The position numbers were made by a program, and so were the translations under genes. A model generated the notes under the pieces. It did no database searches, was not told where the DNA came from, and was given only the letters and a program-made list of their open reading frames with translations. 64,000 nt of DNA from Tubiluchus corallicola (Eukaryota > Animalia > Priapulida), in assembly GCA_030141605.1 (NCBI GenBank), contig JAQGDQ010000255.1, forward strand, positions 243,746 to 307,745, written 5' to 3'. Below, piece by piece: positions 1 through 13,370 of the stretch (the first letter of the stretch is position 1; each line of letters starts with the position of its first letter).

Positions 1-1947
1 GACGAACAGCTTGACTATTAGGAGAATGAGGCATTAAATGGCTCAGATCAGCATACAAGTTGTGGAGTTTCCTCAGAACTGCAATCGACTGCTTTCAGAA
101 AATGTTGAAAATGAAAACCTTCTGGGTTTTTATAGCTGAATCATATATTTCAGTAACAAATTTCTAAATGAAATTGCAGCTCACACTTAAAAAAACGAAA
201 TTAATGTAACCAAACAGTGGAAATACTTCAAATAATTAATAGAAATTAGAAGCAAATTTTTCTCTTTCACATTGTCGTCAACAAATATGATTTACTTCTC
301 AGTAGTCTTATAAAGTTTAATTTAGGTGATTATAATAATTATCGTTAAATGTTATGCTATAAAGCAATATCAAGATCTCTGTTATAATTAAAATGATTTT
401 ACAGTTTCACGGAATAAAAAAACAAAGTTACTCAATCCTATAAAACAATACATATGTCAAAGAACACAACACAGATGCTTACCTAAAGCTATGAAACTAT
501 TGGGATGTAAAATCCTTCTATTTACTACCATGACATAAAACCACAATAAGTCAAAACTTTTTACCTATTCTGGTACTATTGCAAATCGACTATATCTTAT
601 TATTATTATTATAGCCACAAGAAGCCGTAAGCATTGTAATAACATTATAATTACATGTAATTAGAAAATAATTATGTATAATATGATCTACCACAATGAT
701 TGCAGCAGTTTACAAAAACAAATGAGCATTCTTGTTAAAACAGAACTGAAGCAAAACTGTGCCAACATAAATCTACAATTCCTAATGCAACTTCAAAATA
801 TAGCATAACGAAAACTAAATTATAGGATTTTAATTAAATTAAAAATAAACCACTACGTTAAGGCTGTTCCACACCATGTTTACAAAACGACTTGGGTGTT
901 TCACCCAGTAAAGACCCTAAATAAGTGGCGACATGAACAGGCGGGAATTCCAACAAGCCTCTTGGCTTAGCCACCAAGAAAACAAGCTGTGAGCCCCTGA
1001 GGACAATTATACAATCGCTCTCATTGTGATGCTGTGTTTGCCATGGAAACAATAGAACGCAAGAGTCAACAACAGCAGCAGCTGAGAGTCTAGTGTAAAG
1101 ACTAGGTATTAAATTCCAAAATGAACTAATTTATGCAAATTAAACTGTAAGTTACTGCACAACTACATCAGTAATTACATTTATTACTAATGCAGTAGTG
1201 CAATGATACATTAATTTGTTAATAGTTATTGTTTACAATGTATAATAATGCAACTACAAGAGTTAATTAACTTCCATTTTGAATGCATACAAACATTTAA
1301 ATTGATTAAGTAAGGTGTAGCTTTGTAGTCCCTTTCCTTGGAAACTGCTATTTGGCTGATATTCATTATTATTTAATTCTTTACTTTGCAAATTAACTGC
1401 TGTTTGGTTGATATCAATTATAATTTGTTTATTTTAGAAAGACTGTTATTTAGTTGATACTAATTATTATTTGTTTATTTTGCAAATTAATTCATTTGTA
1501 TTTAATCAATTTGATCAGTTTTAATAAATTAAGTTGTTATTAATTAATTAATAAATTAAGAGTGCTTTTGTCTCGCTGACACAAAAACAAGGCTGTCAGT
1601 AGACATTGTTATATGTACATTTACTTACAATACCTTCTACCTTGTATAGAGTTTAAATATTTGAAGCTATTTTGTACGCGAGACAGAAAAACATGTTCTA
1701 ATTTAAAATAATTTTAAAGAGCATAACGTGTATCCTGTATATTATGTATAATGTTGTGGGCGGAGTTACAGTTCTGGTTCATTTTATGCAGTAAGTATAT
1801 AGCCGCTCAATGATATACAAGGTTGTGGCGCCACCTATAGGTAGTAATAGTACCTAAAACCCTGACAAGCACGAATCTTATAATTTCTAAAAAAAACTCA
1901 CTATTACTCTGTATCTGGAACATTTTAGACAGATTAGTAGCAACTAC

Positions 1948-2354
1948 TAGGGGTGAGCATTCTCTGCCAGAAAGCATACTCTAATCGAATTAAATTTGTG
2001 ACTTTCAAATTTGAATTGAACCGAACTTCAATATTTCGAATTTGAATCGAATTCAAATTGAGATTGAAAGATTTTCGAACAAGTTATCGAACCACCAGGA
2101 AAAATTAGTCTTACAAAAATCATGCATATTACTCCATTTTGCTCTGCAGTAAAATGACTAATAATTTGTTTAAAAATTGTGCGCAGAAATCACAGTTAAA
2201 TTATGCTAACTGCATGATGTTTCAAATGTTTTGATGGTAAAGAACACATGTGGTTAAAATGTTGAATTATTGGAATCTATAGTTTTAGGTTCGAATTGAA
2301 TTCGAGCTAAAAAAACTCATTCGAATTGAACTCGAACGTTGATGCTCACCCCTA
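1948..2354. mobile_element. hAT-type MITE (non-autonomous DNA transposon), family A copy 1
   Basis: TIRs TAGGGGTGAGCAT...ATGCTCACCCCTA. Flanking 8-mers GCAACTAC (1940-1947) and GCGACTAC (2355-2362) form a TSD with 1 mismatch. Many subterminal TTCGAA-type repeats; no ORF. Confidence 0.85.
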
Positions 2355-2815
2355 GCGACTACCCAAACAAAAAATAGCACAAAGACTAGAGAGATGAGGG
2401 CGGAGATGGCAATTATAAACTAGAAGCTGGTGCTCAAAGAACGATTTCCTCAGAATGATGACACACACGAACAAAAGCACGAAAGCATACAATGCTCAGA
2501 AGTTGACAAAGCAGCTCACGTCATCTGCAATGACCTCTCATCTTGATTCTCATTGTCACGCTGATTTTGTTTAATTGCATGGTGGCTTAGTTGGCTACAC
2601 TTCTACATTTATTTAAACATGTCTAAATATTTTTTCTGGAGGAACTTTCGTTTAGCGTAAGCGTACTTTTCACACCCAATAACAGCCTATATCGATACAT
2701 ATAACTCATGATCTAAAACAGTATTGAGCTATATTTAAGCTCGATGATGTTAATTAGGACATGACAGACAGAGCCAACCATAATTTTTGTGAACAGTACC
2801 TATGGACGCATGTAC

Positions 2816-5800
2816 CTTTTTCTCTAAAAGTCGGTTAAGTTCCAGAAGACATCTGTCCAAAGCGGCTACACGTGTCGTAGACCAAGGTCCAGTTCCCTGA
2901 GCATGTAGATGCTTATTTAGATCCTTCACCAGCTTCTGTATTCTAAATTAAATTAAATTTCAAGCTTGCAGGTTAAATTATAAGAGTCCAACATTGTAGT
3001 AAAAAAATAACAGTTTTTTCAAAATAAACGATTCTGTTAAAGAAAGACAGGATGATTTTTTATATACCATCCCATTTGCAAGTATGGGAAAAAGAGTATA
3101 CATTTTAATGCCAGTAATACTGGAAGAGCATTTCTGATAGTTAAATAATAGATTAAAATCTTAATGAAAGGTGGGTGAACCCAACTATTGATGACATTAC
3201 AAACGAACATAATTTTCAATAATGATTTTCAACAAACGAACATAATGACTTACTATGCTATAGCTATTTCATTGCATTCTCATCATTATCACCTCATCGT
3301 TTTTTTAATTTTTTTATAATTATTAGCTTTTTTCTTCTCTTTTGCTTACATTACTTACTTACACCCTAATTTTACCTTCATGCCATCTCTTTTCATTGCG
3401 CATCTATTTTATCCTGCCCCTAACACCTAACAATACACCTTGCATTGCAGCTGGGCTTTGCAAGTTCTAGCTCAGCTGCATCTGAAGCAGAAGCAGTTAC
3501 ATCATTTGTTTCACTAATAATTGATTCCTCACTTGACAAGTAATTGTAGTAATTTTTGTTTTCAGTTTGTATAATTGTATGTAGTATCTCTGATTATGTA
3601 ATTGTAATGGCATTTTTGTCTAATGAAATATGCAAATTTGATTTTGTGTGACAAAGTAGGCGTTTGCTAGCATAACACAAATAAGCTTAACTTGCAATTC
3701 TGTAATTAAGTTGTGTGATGTGGATGCCATCTTAATTTCAACTTGAATGCCCTTCTTTAATTTAGTGCTCTTCTGAGACTTCTTGTTATCACAAAAGAAC
3801 AAAACAACTGGGCTTTAAATCTCAAAAATAATCATTATTTTTCACCAAGAGCTTTCATCCTTCTTCAACAGGTGCACAAGGAAATACAATAAAATTACCA
3901 TCTAATTAAAAAAAACGACACACTTGTTTTTGTTACAGATGTGTTGTTTTTGTTTAAACTACAGTAACTTTAGTATGGTAATTTTAGAAATGTGTTCTTC
4001 ATGCAACTGACGAAGGTTATGGGGGCAAAAGTTCTTAGAGAAAAATAAAAATTATTTTTGAGGCATAAAAGGGCAAATATCTCGTTCTTTTATTTCAACT
4101 TTAGCATCAATTATGATAAAACATTAAGTTTTCATAAAAACACGTTAACTATTGTAGTGTATTATTAAAATTTAATAGCGTGTGTAATACCAAAGAAATT
4201 TAAGAGAAAACTAGAGAAAAATAGTAGAGAAAATAAGAGAGATACTAGGTCATGTTGTACTTTAACTAACTGTCTTTGATGCAAAAACTAGAAAAGCAAT
4301 TTGTGAAGCTAGTACTAGCAAAAACACTGTATATATACAAGGAATCCTTACTTTATCTTGTTGGGTGTGTCTATGCTAGGTTGAACTTTCGTTGCTAAGC
4401 TGCTTTCGTATTCTGAACCACTGTAAGTAAATAAATAAACAATTGAGCATCAAATCATCACGACAACATTCGAAATTCAAGTTAACATTATACTAATAGA
4501 CACCAAAAAACTCAGGGAATCTCAAACAAAACACGACGTACAGCCAGACAGGTACCAGATTGTACCTAAATGACCGCATAAGTAAGTAAATTTACTAAAA
4601 CAAATACATTACAGTGAAAAAAACTGAATTACTGTGCTTGCACAAATAGTAAAAAAATAATTATAATCAAAAGGCTGCAATAATTTGCTATACAATATTA
4701 ATTTTCCATGTGACTTATATAAAAATGTGTTTAAAAGAAAACAATCACATACCACGAACAAAAAACAAGTTATGCATGTCAACCATAAAAAAAATAACTA
4801 AATTTTCCAAAACGTTTCCTTGATCCTTTGTGATTTTTGTCATTCAGTAATCTAATTAAATATTGTAAAGGCGACAATATCTATCAGTTGAACATTTTTC
4901 TTCAATATATTTTTCTTTATTTCTAGTCGATCTTAGACCTGCTTGTTCTCGGTGGATTTGATTTGCTGTGCTTCCAAATTTTAAACACTATTTAGTTTCA
5001 CAATTCTTCCAGTAGTTACAGTTTTAGATCAGCAAGTGCAATTTGATAAGTTCTAAAATTATTTTGCAGTATTATTTTGATGAAAGAAAACATGGTTGAT
5101 GAAAGAAGAAAGAGAGAAGAAATACCGCGCCATCATTTTCAGTCGTATCTTCTTGCATCGTTTCCTCAAAGCTTTCTGTCGTTCCTTATCTCTGTTACGC
5201 GCTTGTGCAGGCGCGTCTGATGGAGCGTCGACAATGTGTTTTAAATTGTACGACTCCTGCAAGCAATTACAATGGAAATTTGAGTGCTGCTGCTGCTATG
5301 AAAATACACAATAAGATAATGCCAAAACATATAGATGGTCCGAATAACTAATTGTTTATAATGTGTATCTAGCAAGTAAAGTTAAGCTATGCTAAGCCTG
5401 ATCAGTAAATGCATGAGTGACCCTGGAAGTTAAAGCTACCAATTCTGTACACATTCATAGACACACGTCATTGATAACAAGATAGATTCCAGTCTTACTA
5501 TAGCCTTCTAAATCAATTAACAACTGCTGTTAAATACTGGTTACTTGCTTATGTGAATTTTCATTTGCTGGATTCTCAAACAGTGTAAAAATTAGGGATG
5601 AGTATTGAACATTTGAGTTCGCACACTCAAATTGAATTCACACATTTCGAATTCGATTGGAATGAGTTTTTAGTTCAAGTTATGGATTTAAATAATTCCG
5701 CTTTCAACTTCATATGTTTTTCATCATGCAATTAGCATTTCTATGCACAAGGTAAAACAAATTATTAATGCTTTTACTGCAGAACAAAATCAAGCATTAT

Positions 5801-8800
5801 GCAAGATATTTGAAAGTCTAATTTTTCCTAGTGATTCAAAAATTTACTCGAAATTCTTTAAAATCGAATTCGAATGCGATTCGGCCTCAAAAGTGTTGAA
5901 ATTCGAGTTCGAAAGACACAAACAGCATTTCGATTCGAATTCACTTTCTGGTAGAGAAGGCTCACCCTTAGTAAAAAGAGTATTAGAAGGCGAAAAACAG
6001 ATTTCTTGCAATAACTGTCTTTTACTCATGATCCACATACGCATGTACTAGTGTGTATACTTTATTCAGTGTGTATGTTTACTACGAATTTACAAACAAA
6101 ACCCACCTTGTAAGTAACTAACAGTGACTTATATATCAACACTCAACTATGATCATAACAAGCTGGGATATTAGTTTCAAAACAAAATTACATCTATAGA
6201 GGAAAAAATGCAAAATGTTTTTTCGAGATTCAAGTAGGCAGAATTAAAAAGTACCATTTCATGGGTGGTCATCTCCTTCCCAACTTTTTCTCTCACTTCA
6301 TTCTGATGTTTCTGTCCTCGCAGGTGACTCATTAGGTGAAGTTCTGAAGATATCTGGAAAAGAGTACAATTTTGATTAGGAAATTCAATGCTTCCTCCTC
6401 TTCTCTATTTTTGCATTTAAATAAAACAATTGCAGAAAAAAGTTATACAAACTTTAGACATTTGTTCTCCAATTTCTCTGGTTTTCAAGAATTTTAAATC
6501 ATTAACTTCAACAGGCTTCTCATGAAGTTATAACACTAAGTTATCATAAAAAAATATATCGAGATTGATTTGGGCAAAATACATTATTTTTCTTAATTAT
6601 TATGACTTTTTTCTTAATTGGTACAAAATGGAACAATTCTGAAAGAATTTGATCTGATTAACAAATGCAAATGAAAATTACAGGACACACACAAACTTTA
6701 CCCCCGTGTTTATGGAAAACAAGATGATTTTTCATATCCTACCTCATTAAGTATGGTAAAAAGTATGCATTTTGACATCTATAATAGTGCCAAAGCATTT
6801 CTGGTAATTAAATAATAGATTAAAAACACAATTAGAAGATGAACCAACTAGTGATGACATCATAGCTGAACATAATTTTTAACGGCACAAACATTCCACG
6901 AGCGTGATACAGGCATTTGCGAAAGCGAAAATTGAAGCACAGTATTACTGTACTACATTCAGTGTGATATACAAAAACTCGGAAAATGTTAAGTTCAAAA
7001 TTCTAATTTCAAGTTTACGGCTTTGTTCACACGTACTCTCGAAGGTGTACATTACGTCATAACTGAACACTTCTGAACTAAAAGGTATAGTAACACATTT
7101 CCGAGGTGCTGGCCCTGGTGCTCATTTAACTAGCGAATGGCGAAATGCACATAACAGCGAAGAACTAGCCATGTTAATGCAAAATTACCATTTTGTGATA
7201 ATGAGTCTTTCAAGTAAGTTATTTTTGAAAAAACATATTACCTTTCAATATTTTATAAGGTAGACTGTTTCAAGCTGCAGTTAAAGTTAGGTCCACTTTC
7301 CGTTATGTTTTCAAATTAGTAGATAAAAAATGCAAAACTGTATCTCCAAGTTATGCATAATTTAGGCATAGTTAAGGCTCAAAACCAAGATTTTCACAAA
7401 CATTCTTACCAAGACAGAGCATACAGTACACAATTTCTTCGTATCGTACGGCAATAACTTTGGAATGTCGTCATGATTGGACGAACACCGCAGGACGCTC
7501 GACTCAAAAGCTTTTTCCTTTATCTGTTCGAGAATCTCTGTGTGCCGACGGGCACTCTCGCTTTGCTAAAGAAAAATCAAAGAAGGAAATGACCTAGTGT
7601 AAATTACAAAAAATACTTTCTATTAAATTCCTATGTACCATTATGTGTAATGTTAATGTTTCAAAACGGTTCCATTTCTAGGAAATATTTTTTCAGAATT
7701 TGGATGTACAGATACTGACAGTTTTACTCCACCAAGTTGACTCTACAATAATTAAATATCATATCAATATAATTAAAAAGGACAGCTGAGCAGTAATATT
7801 GTGCACTTAGCAACCAGAATTAAGCAATGCCCAGCTTGCTAAGTAGATGGGAAAACGGCTTCTAGGTGGTTTTGCCTGCTATACTACCTCTGGCTGAGGG
7901 ACGATGTGCAATACGGCCAGAATTTGCAATTGTTCTGAAGTAAATAGACTGCATTGTACAGTAGCTTAGCCATACCTAAAATTTCCAAAAGGAGTACATT
8001 TAAATACTAGGTTTTCACTGGCTATTAACTTTCTTTACATTGCACTTATGCAAACATTAAATAGCTTCTGAATAACTAGTTTTATAGTATCACTAGCCTA
8101 TGGTATAAATACTGATTTTTATTCAACATAAACTTTGGAAATAGATATTACACCGTCCAATGCGTAAGCCCATTTTCCCACGCACACTAGCAATTAAGTC
8201 TAAAACGGAAGTTAAAATGAATAGTTAAACTGTTATCCTAAGACTATTTTCTGGTCTTACACAAAGATGATTGTACTGTCACTAACCATAATGAGAAGTT
8301 GTTCTAATTATTTGTATCGTATGAGTCACTCTTCTCATTTTATTATGTCATAAATAAATATTTTGCCATACCATTTCAATCTTATGCTCTTTTTTTATAT
8401 TTCACTTTATTTACACTATTTACAGGACAAACAATATCTAAACAGTTTCGTAAACAATAATCACATTAACATTTTTCCCTGCTGCCACTAGACCATCGAA
8501 AAACTCTAGACCTGGTGCGTGTAAACGCACTAAGTATGGTGGCACCTGCGATGAATACAACGATTTAAACTTAATTAGTTTAAAAATAGAAAGAAATATG
8601 AGTAATTATCAGGTCTGTATAATTAATTAATTAAGCTGTGGTTGGGTCATCAAGTCGAACAGTCGTAAGTTGCATTGGTCGTAAGTCCATGACTACTTGT
8701 ATTATCAAAAATCTAGAAAAAAAGGAGTTTTCGACAAATGCATTCAAAGATGGCTGAGACTCCTTTGCAAGCTGAGGGTTAGCCCTGATAAGTACATAAT

Positions 8801-11800
8801 TTCTAGGCCCCATACGACTGACTACATTAAGTTATGGCACAGTTATTAAATGTTTGGGTTTATTTTTGCTGTTGTCGAACAAGAGAAACTTACAGCAAGT
8901 AAAAAAAAGCAACCAGGGATGTCAAACAATACAATTTGGTGATACGATAAGGATACAATACGATCCTGATCAATGTATAAATATGCGTAATCTAAGACAA
9001 ATTTTTTTTCTTTGTTTAGTCATAAAATAATCATTAATTTGTAAGCTGCGACAGAAAATATTATTACGTATACATATATTACTACATAAAATATTTATAT
9101 ATATGTGTGAGCTGCACTACTCGCACGTAACTGGGAAAAGTGCCTCTAAAAATACTGCACTTGGCATCCGCGTGTCAAACCAAATAAAGACAGCCGCTAC
9201 TGCAGGAAGAAGGTACAAGAAGATTATTCAAACAATCTTATAAATAACTCTTTTTCAATTTTTGCGTAATTCTAAATTTCATATCAATACAACAATCTAT
9301 AATTACTGACACAATAATTATCGATACATATCGTTATAGTTAACATCCCTAAAAGCAACAATGCTTACTTTTTGTTGTATCTTCTTCTGTAATTCTTCAA
9401 CATTTGCCTGATGAGCAGCATTCATTGCCGACAGTCTCTGTTCGCGATCCCTGCAGAGAAAAATGAATAAATTCTTTGATATCGAGTAATCTTCTGCAAA
9501 TTTCTGCGAACATAAACTGGGAAAGTGAGAGACAGTGTACGAAATAAATGAAGCACTCAAGAAGCAGAACATTACCTGGCCTTCTCACGTGCTGCCTCTT
9601 GTCTTTCCTTCTCCTTCTCTTGTTGCTGCTGCTCTATCTTTGCATCTTTCAGCTTCCTCTTTTCCTGCATCTCTTGCAATCGCGCCATTCTTTCTGCCTC
9701 TAGAGCTTTGCGTCTCTCCTATAAAAATCACAAATGGTGCAATTAAAAAACAAAACAGCTGTACAACAAAAAAACTTGCTTTAATATTTTTTCTCATCTG
9801 TAGGAAGGCTGTATGATTCTCATCTATAGGATTTTCATGCAAAATTACACTGACATGTAGAACTTAACATGATTATTTGTCTGTGTAATACAGAAGTAAT
9901 TTTAGATATATGGTAAGAACAGATACAAAAAACTACAACTGAGGAATTGTCTGTATTATTTTCTAGCGAAAATAAAAAAGAAAGAAGCACAAACACTATT
10001 TTTTGTGGGTCCCAAAAAATAAACAAATTCAGAAAATATCACACATAAAACGAATCAGTCACAGAAAATAAAAACCACAATAGAATAATGCAAATCACGC
10101 GTCAGAATCACGTTAACACTAGATTCAGAACGTTCTTAATCTATTCTACGAAATGCCACTTTAGCTAACATTACAATCTAGAAAAACTCACTTCTGCTGC
10201 TGCCTCCTTAGCTGCTTTCTCTTCCTGCTTCCTTAGCCTCTCCTCCTGTATGTCATGCAGCCTGGCTTCAAAACCCTGATGACGAGACAGCACATCCATG
10301 CGCTTATTCTGAGCTTCTAATGAATTAATAAATGCTATCTCATTTACCTGTAAATAAAAGTCACACATTATACAAATCTAAAATGTCTCATAATAACTGG
10401 AAGAAAACTCCCTTGTTTCTTCCTTTAACAAGATAAACATTTAGAGGAAACGTGGCAAATATTGCCCCAAGGCAACTTTTTTGGCAGATACCCATCCATT
10501 TGCTAACTAGGTCCAGCTGTTTGACTAACCCATGCACAGTGGTTAAACGTGTTACCTTTGCTCTACTGATACAATATTTTCGCATTTTCAGCAATTTTCT
10601 GCTCAAAAACTATGAAGATGTTCCGGTATTACTGTACAACATCTACAACAGCAGTCTTTCAGCCGGCGAGATTTGCGGCTGAGTAGATGAGCGTGCACAC
10701 TTTATGTGAATTGTGTGTGACCTCTGTGAGTCTAATTATTGCTTTAGGTGGTATCACTTGTAAACTTGTCATGCTTGTTTACCTCACAAAAGGGAACATT
10801 ATTGACATATACCCAAAAAGGGCTAAGAAACCTCTGCTGGTCCAGTGGCTCATGTTAAAGGAATATCTTTAGAAAAACCCAGATTCCAGTCACCCTGTAA
10901 ACATTTCATTGAGCAGACCCTGTCATGGATTCCAGTTTATAGAGTAAAAAAGTTTATAAAAAAGGTTGATCAACTTATAATCATGATGACACATAGAACT
11001 TTAACAGTTGCTAACATTAATTGCGTATTTGGTAGTTAGACATAGACTAGAACAAAGTCTAAACTCATGTACAGAAAAAGCAACTTTTCTCAAGAAGAAA
11101 ATAATTGCTGGCACCCACTTTATGGTTCTATTTATTCGATACCTGTTGTGCTAACTGCAACTTTTCAAGTTGTACAATTAGTACATCACATGACTGTGTT
11201 TGAATAATTAAAGACGTGTCTTTGCTTAAGTGGATGACGGTATTTATCTTTAAATTAAGAATTCAATTTCACCTAAATCAGTCTTTTCTCCAAGAATTAT
11301 AAGAAGTGAATGCACTACTGGAAATGTTAATAGAGGATTACTACCACTGTTAAAATATTCATAGATAGGAATGATAGGGGATAGGCAGTGGGGCAAGTAC
11401 TAGTAAATTTGCAAGGTACAATATTCAAACACACAGAACCCACCTTGGCATCTTCTTCTTTAGCTTTGCTAACTTTTAGCTGTAGTTGTTCTTGTCTTTT
11501 TTCTTTCGCTCGCTCAAGTTTCTCTTCCATGTCGATGCGACGCTGAGCAAGAAGCTCCTCTTTATATGCACGAACCTCCTCGACCTGAAAAACACCCAGG
11601 TAATCCAACTTTGAGAAATAATAATCAAATCCACGTAAATTAATTATTTCGATGCTCCAACAATAGTTTTTGTTATTTGTTTCAAGTTGAAACAAACCAA
11701 TTGCAAATATAAACAATGTGATTCAGGACAAACATAAACTACGTGGTGAATTGTTCAAAATTATTAAATTTTGCAAATCAAACTTGTCCAACAAAATGTA

Positions 11801-13319
11801 AAAATTTTGATTCTGAGTGTCAAATTAAAACTTTTGAGTTATAAACTTTTGGGTCAAATCCAGTAAATGTCCAATCTTTCACATTTTATTCCTTTTTTAA
11901 CCAGCTTCCATCAGCCTCTCTCACACATTCACGTGACTGCTGTTAAAAGTATAGACTGTTTCTAACATGAAGCATCCACCCATCACAAATCTTGACTGCC
12001 CCATTTAAATCTGTTCTCCATTTGGTACTACAATTTTCTCTCAAGTTTGGTTCCCCAATTCTTTACTGTATTTAAGTGTAAGCATCTGACAATTTTGTGC
12101 TCAGTAAACGAATGACTAATATTACTGTTCGTAACCTCAAACTGCTTGGCAGATACAGTGTTGCTTAACTTAAGCTGCTAACAATAGGAATAAATTTGAC
12201 AATAGACACTCAAAATTTTAAAATTAAAGTTCTATATAGTTAATTAAATTATGTTTAGTTTTAACTATACTATAGTATGACAAAATGAACCCACTTGGAC
12301 ACTGGTTCAAAGATTTATTTAAACTTTCTTTGTTTTGGTCAAATTCGATTTCAAAATTAACTGCAGGTGATTAACTGATAATTATGTATCATGATGTAGT
12401 TAATGAACTGCTTGTGAATATCACTTTGCTGAAAATGAAATTAAAATTGAAATGAAAAAAATAACCACAACATAGCCATAAATTTTTGTGACAAATGTCT
12501 ACAAACCTTCTTTGAAAGTTCCTTCAACCTCTGCGCTTTCTCATCCATCAGTTTAACTCTTGTCTCCTGCGCTTTTGCTTGCTTCTCTTGATGACGTCGT
12601 ATTGACTCCGTGAGCGAGCGTTTCCGTGATGGGGAAGACAGCTTCTCATGCATCTGGAGGGCACGACCCGGTGCCCTGCTCTCAATCTCGGCACCTTCGA
12701 CGATGTCTGCCCAGGACATGTGAGAACGAGCTGCAGAAAAAACATATGGTCATCTAAGCGTAGATGCAGCATAAAAAATTTCCAAAAAACTAAAACTTCA
12801 CAGTATCGTAAGTATAACAAATTTGTAAAAATATATGTACGCCATTTCTTACGTAAGATTTTATAAGATTTAAATGCTAAAAAAATTAAGAAAGTTGACT
12901 ATATTACACTAAATTGTGTTTTACGATGTGGTATATTTTCACATTAACTACATCTTAAATTTTCGCTAACACTGGTTAAGCATCATGTTTTACTTACAAT
13001 CATACTGTGCCACAATATCATTCCAGTCTTTTGGATCCCTGTCTCCAGTACTTTCTGATACAGAAATCTGAAAAAAATACAACCTATAACTAAAACAAGA
13101 CTCAACTGCCTTATATAACATTTAGTCAAAAACTAAAATAAATTCTTGGTGATGAATGATTACCTCAGATCCTAACCACCTTTCTTTATACTGTGACTAA
13201 TATAAAACAAAAATGGCTAACAGAACTGACAGAAGTTAACATTTTAGCTAAAAAAATGGGAGGAGCTGGCCCCAAAAAACAAGAAATAATCCGGTAACAA
13301 CAACAGCAGCAGCAGCAGC

Positions 13320-13370
<51 letters not shown>

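Noticed and set aside
1-91. Open minus-strand frame after AAG/CAG acceptors (QSIAVLRKLHNLYADLSHLMPHSPNSQAVR), in phase with SCAPER
   Set aside because: No recognisable SCAPER similarity and truncated by the window edge; cannot be supported.
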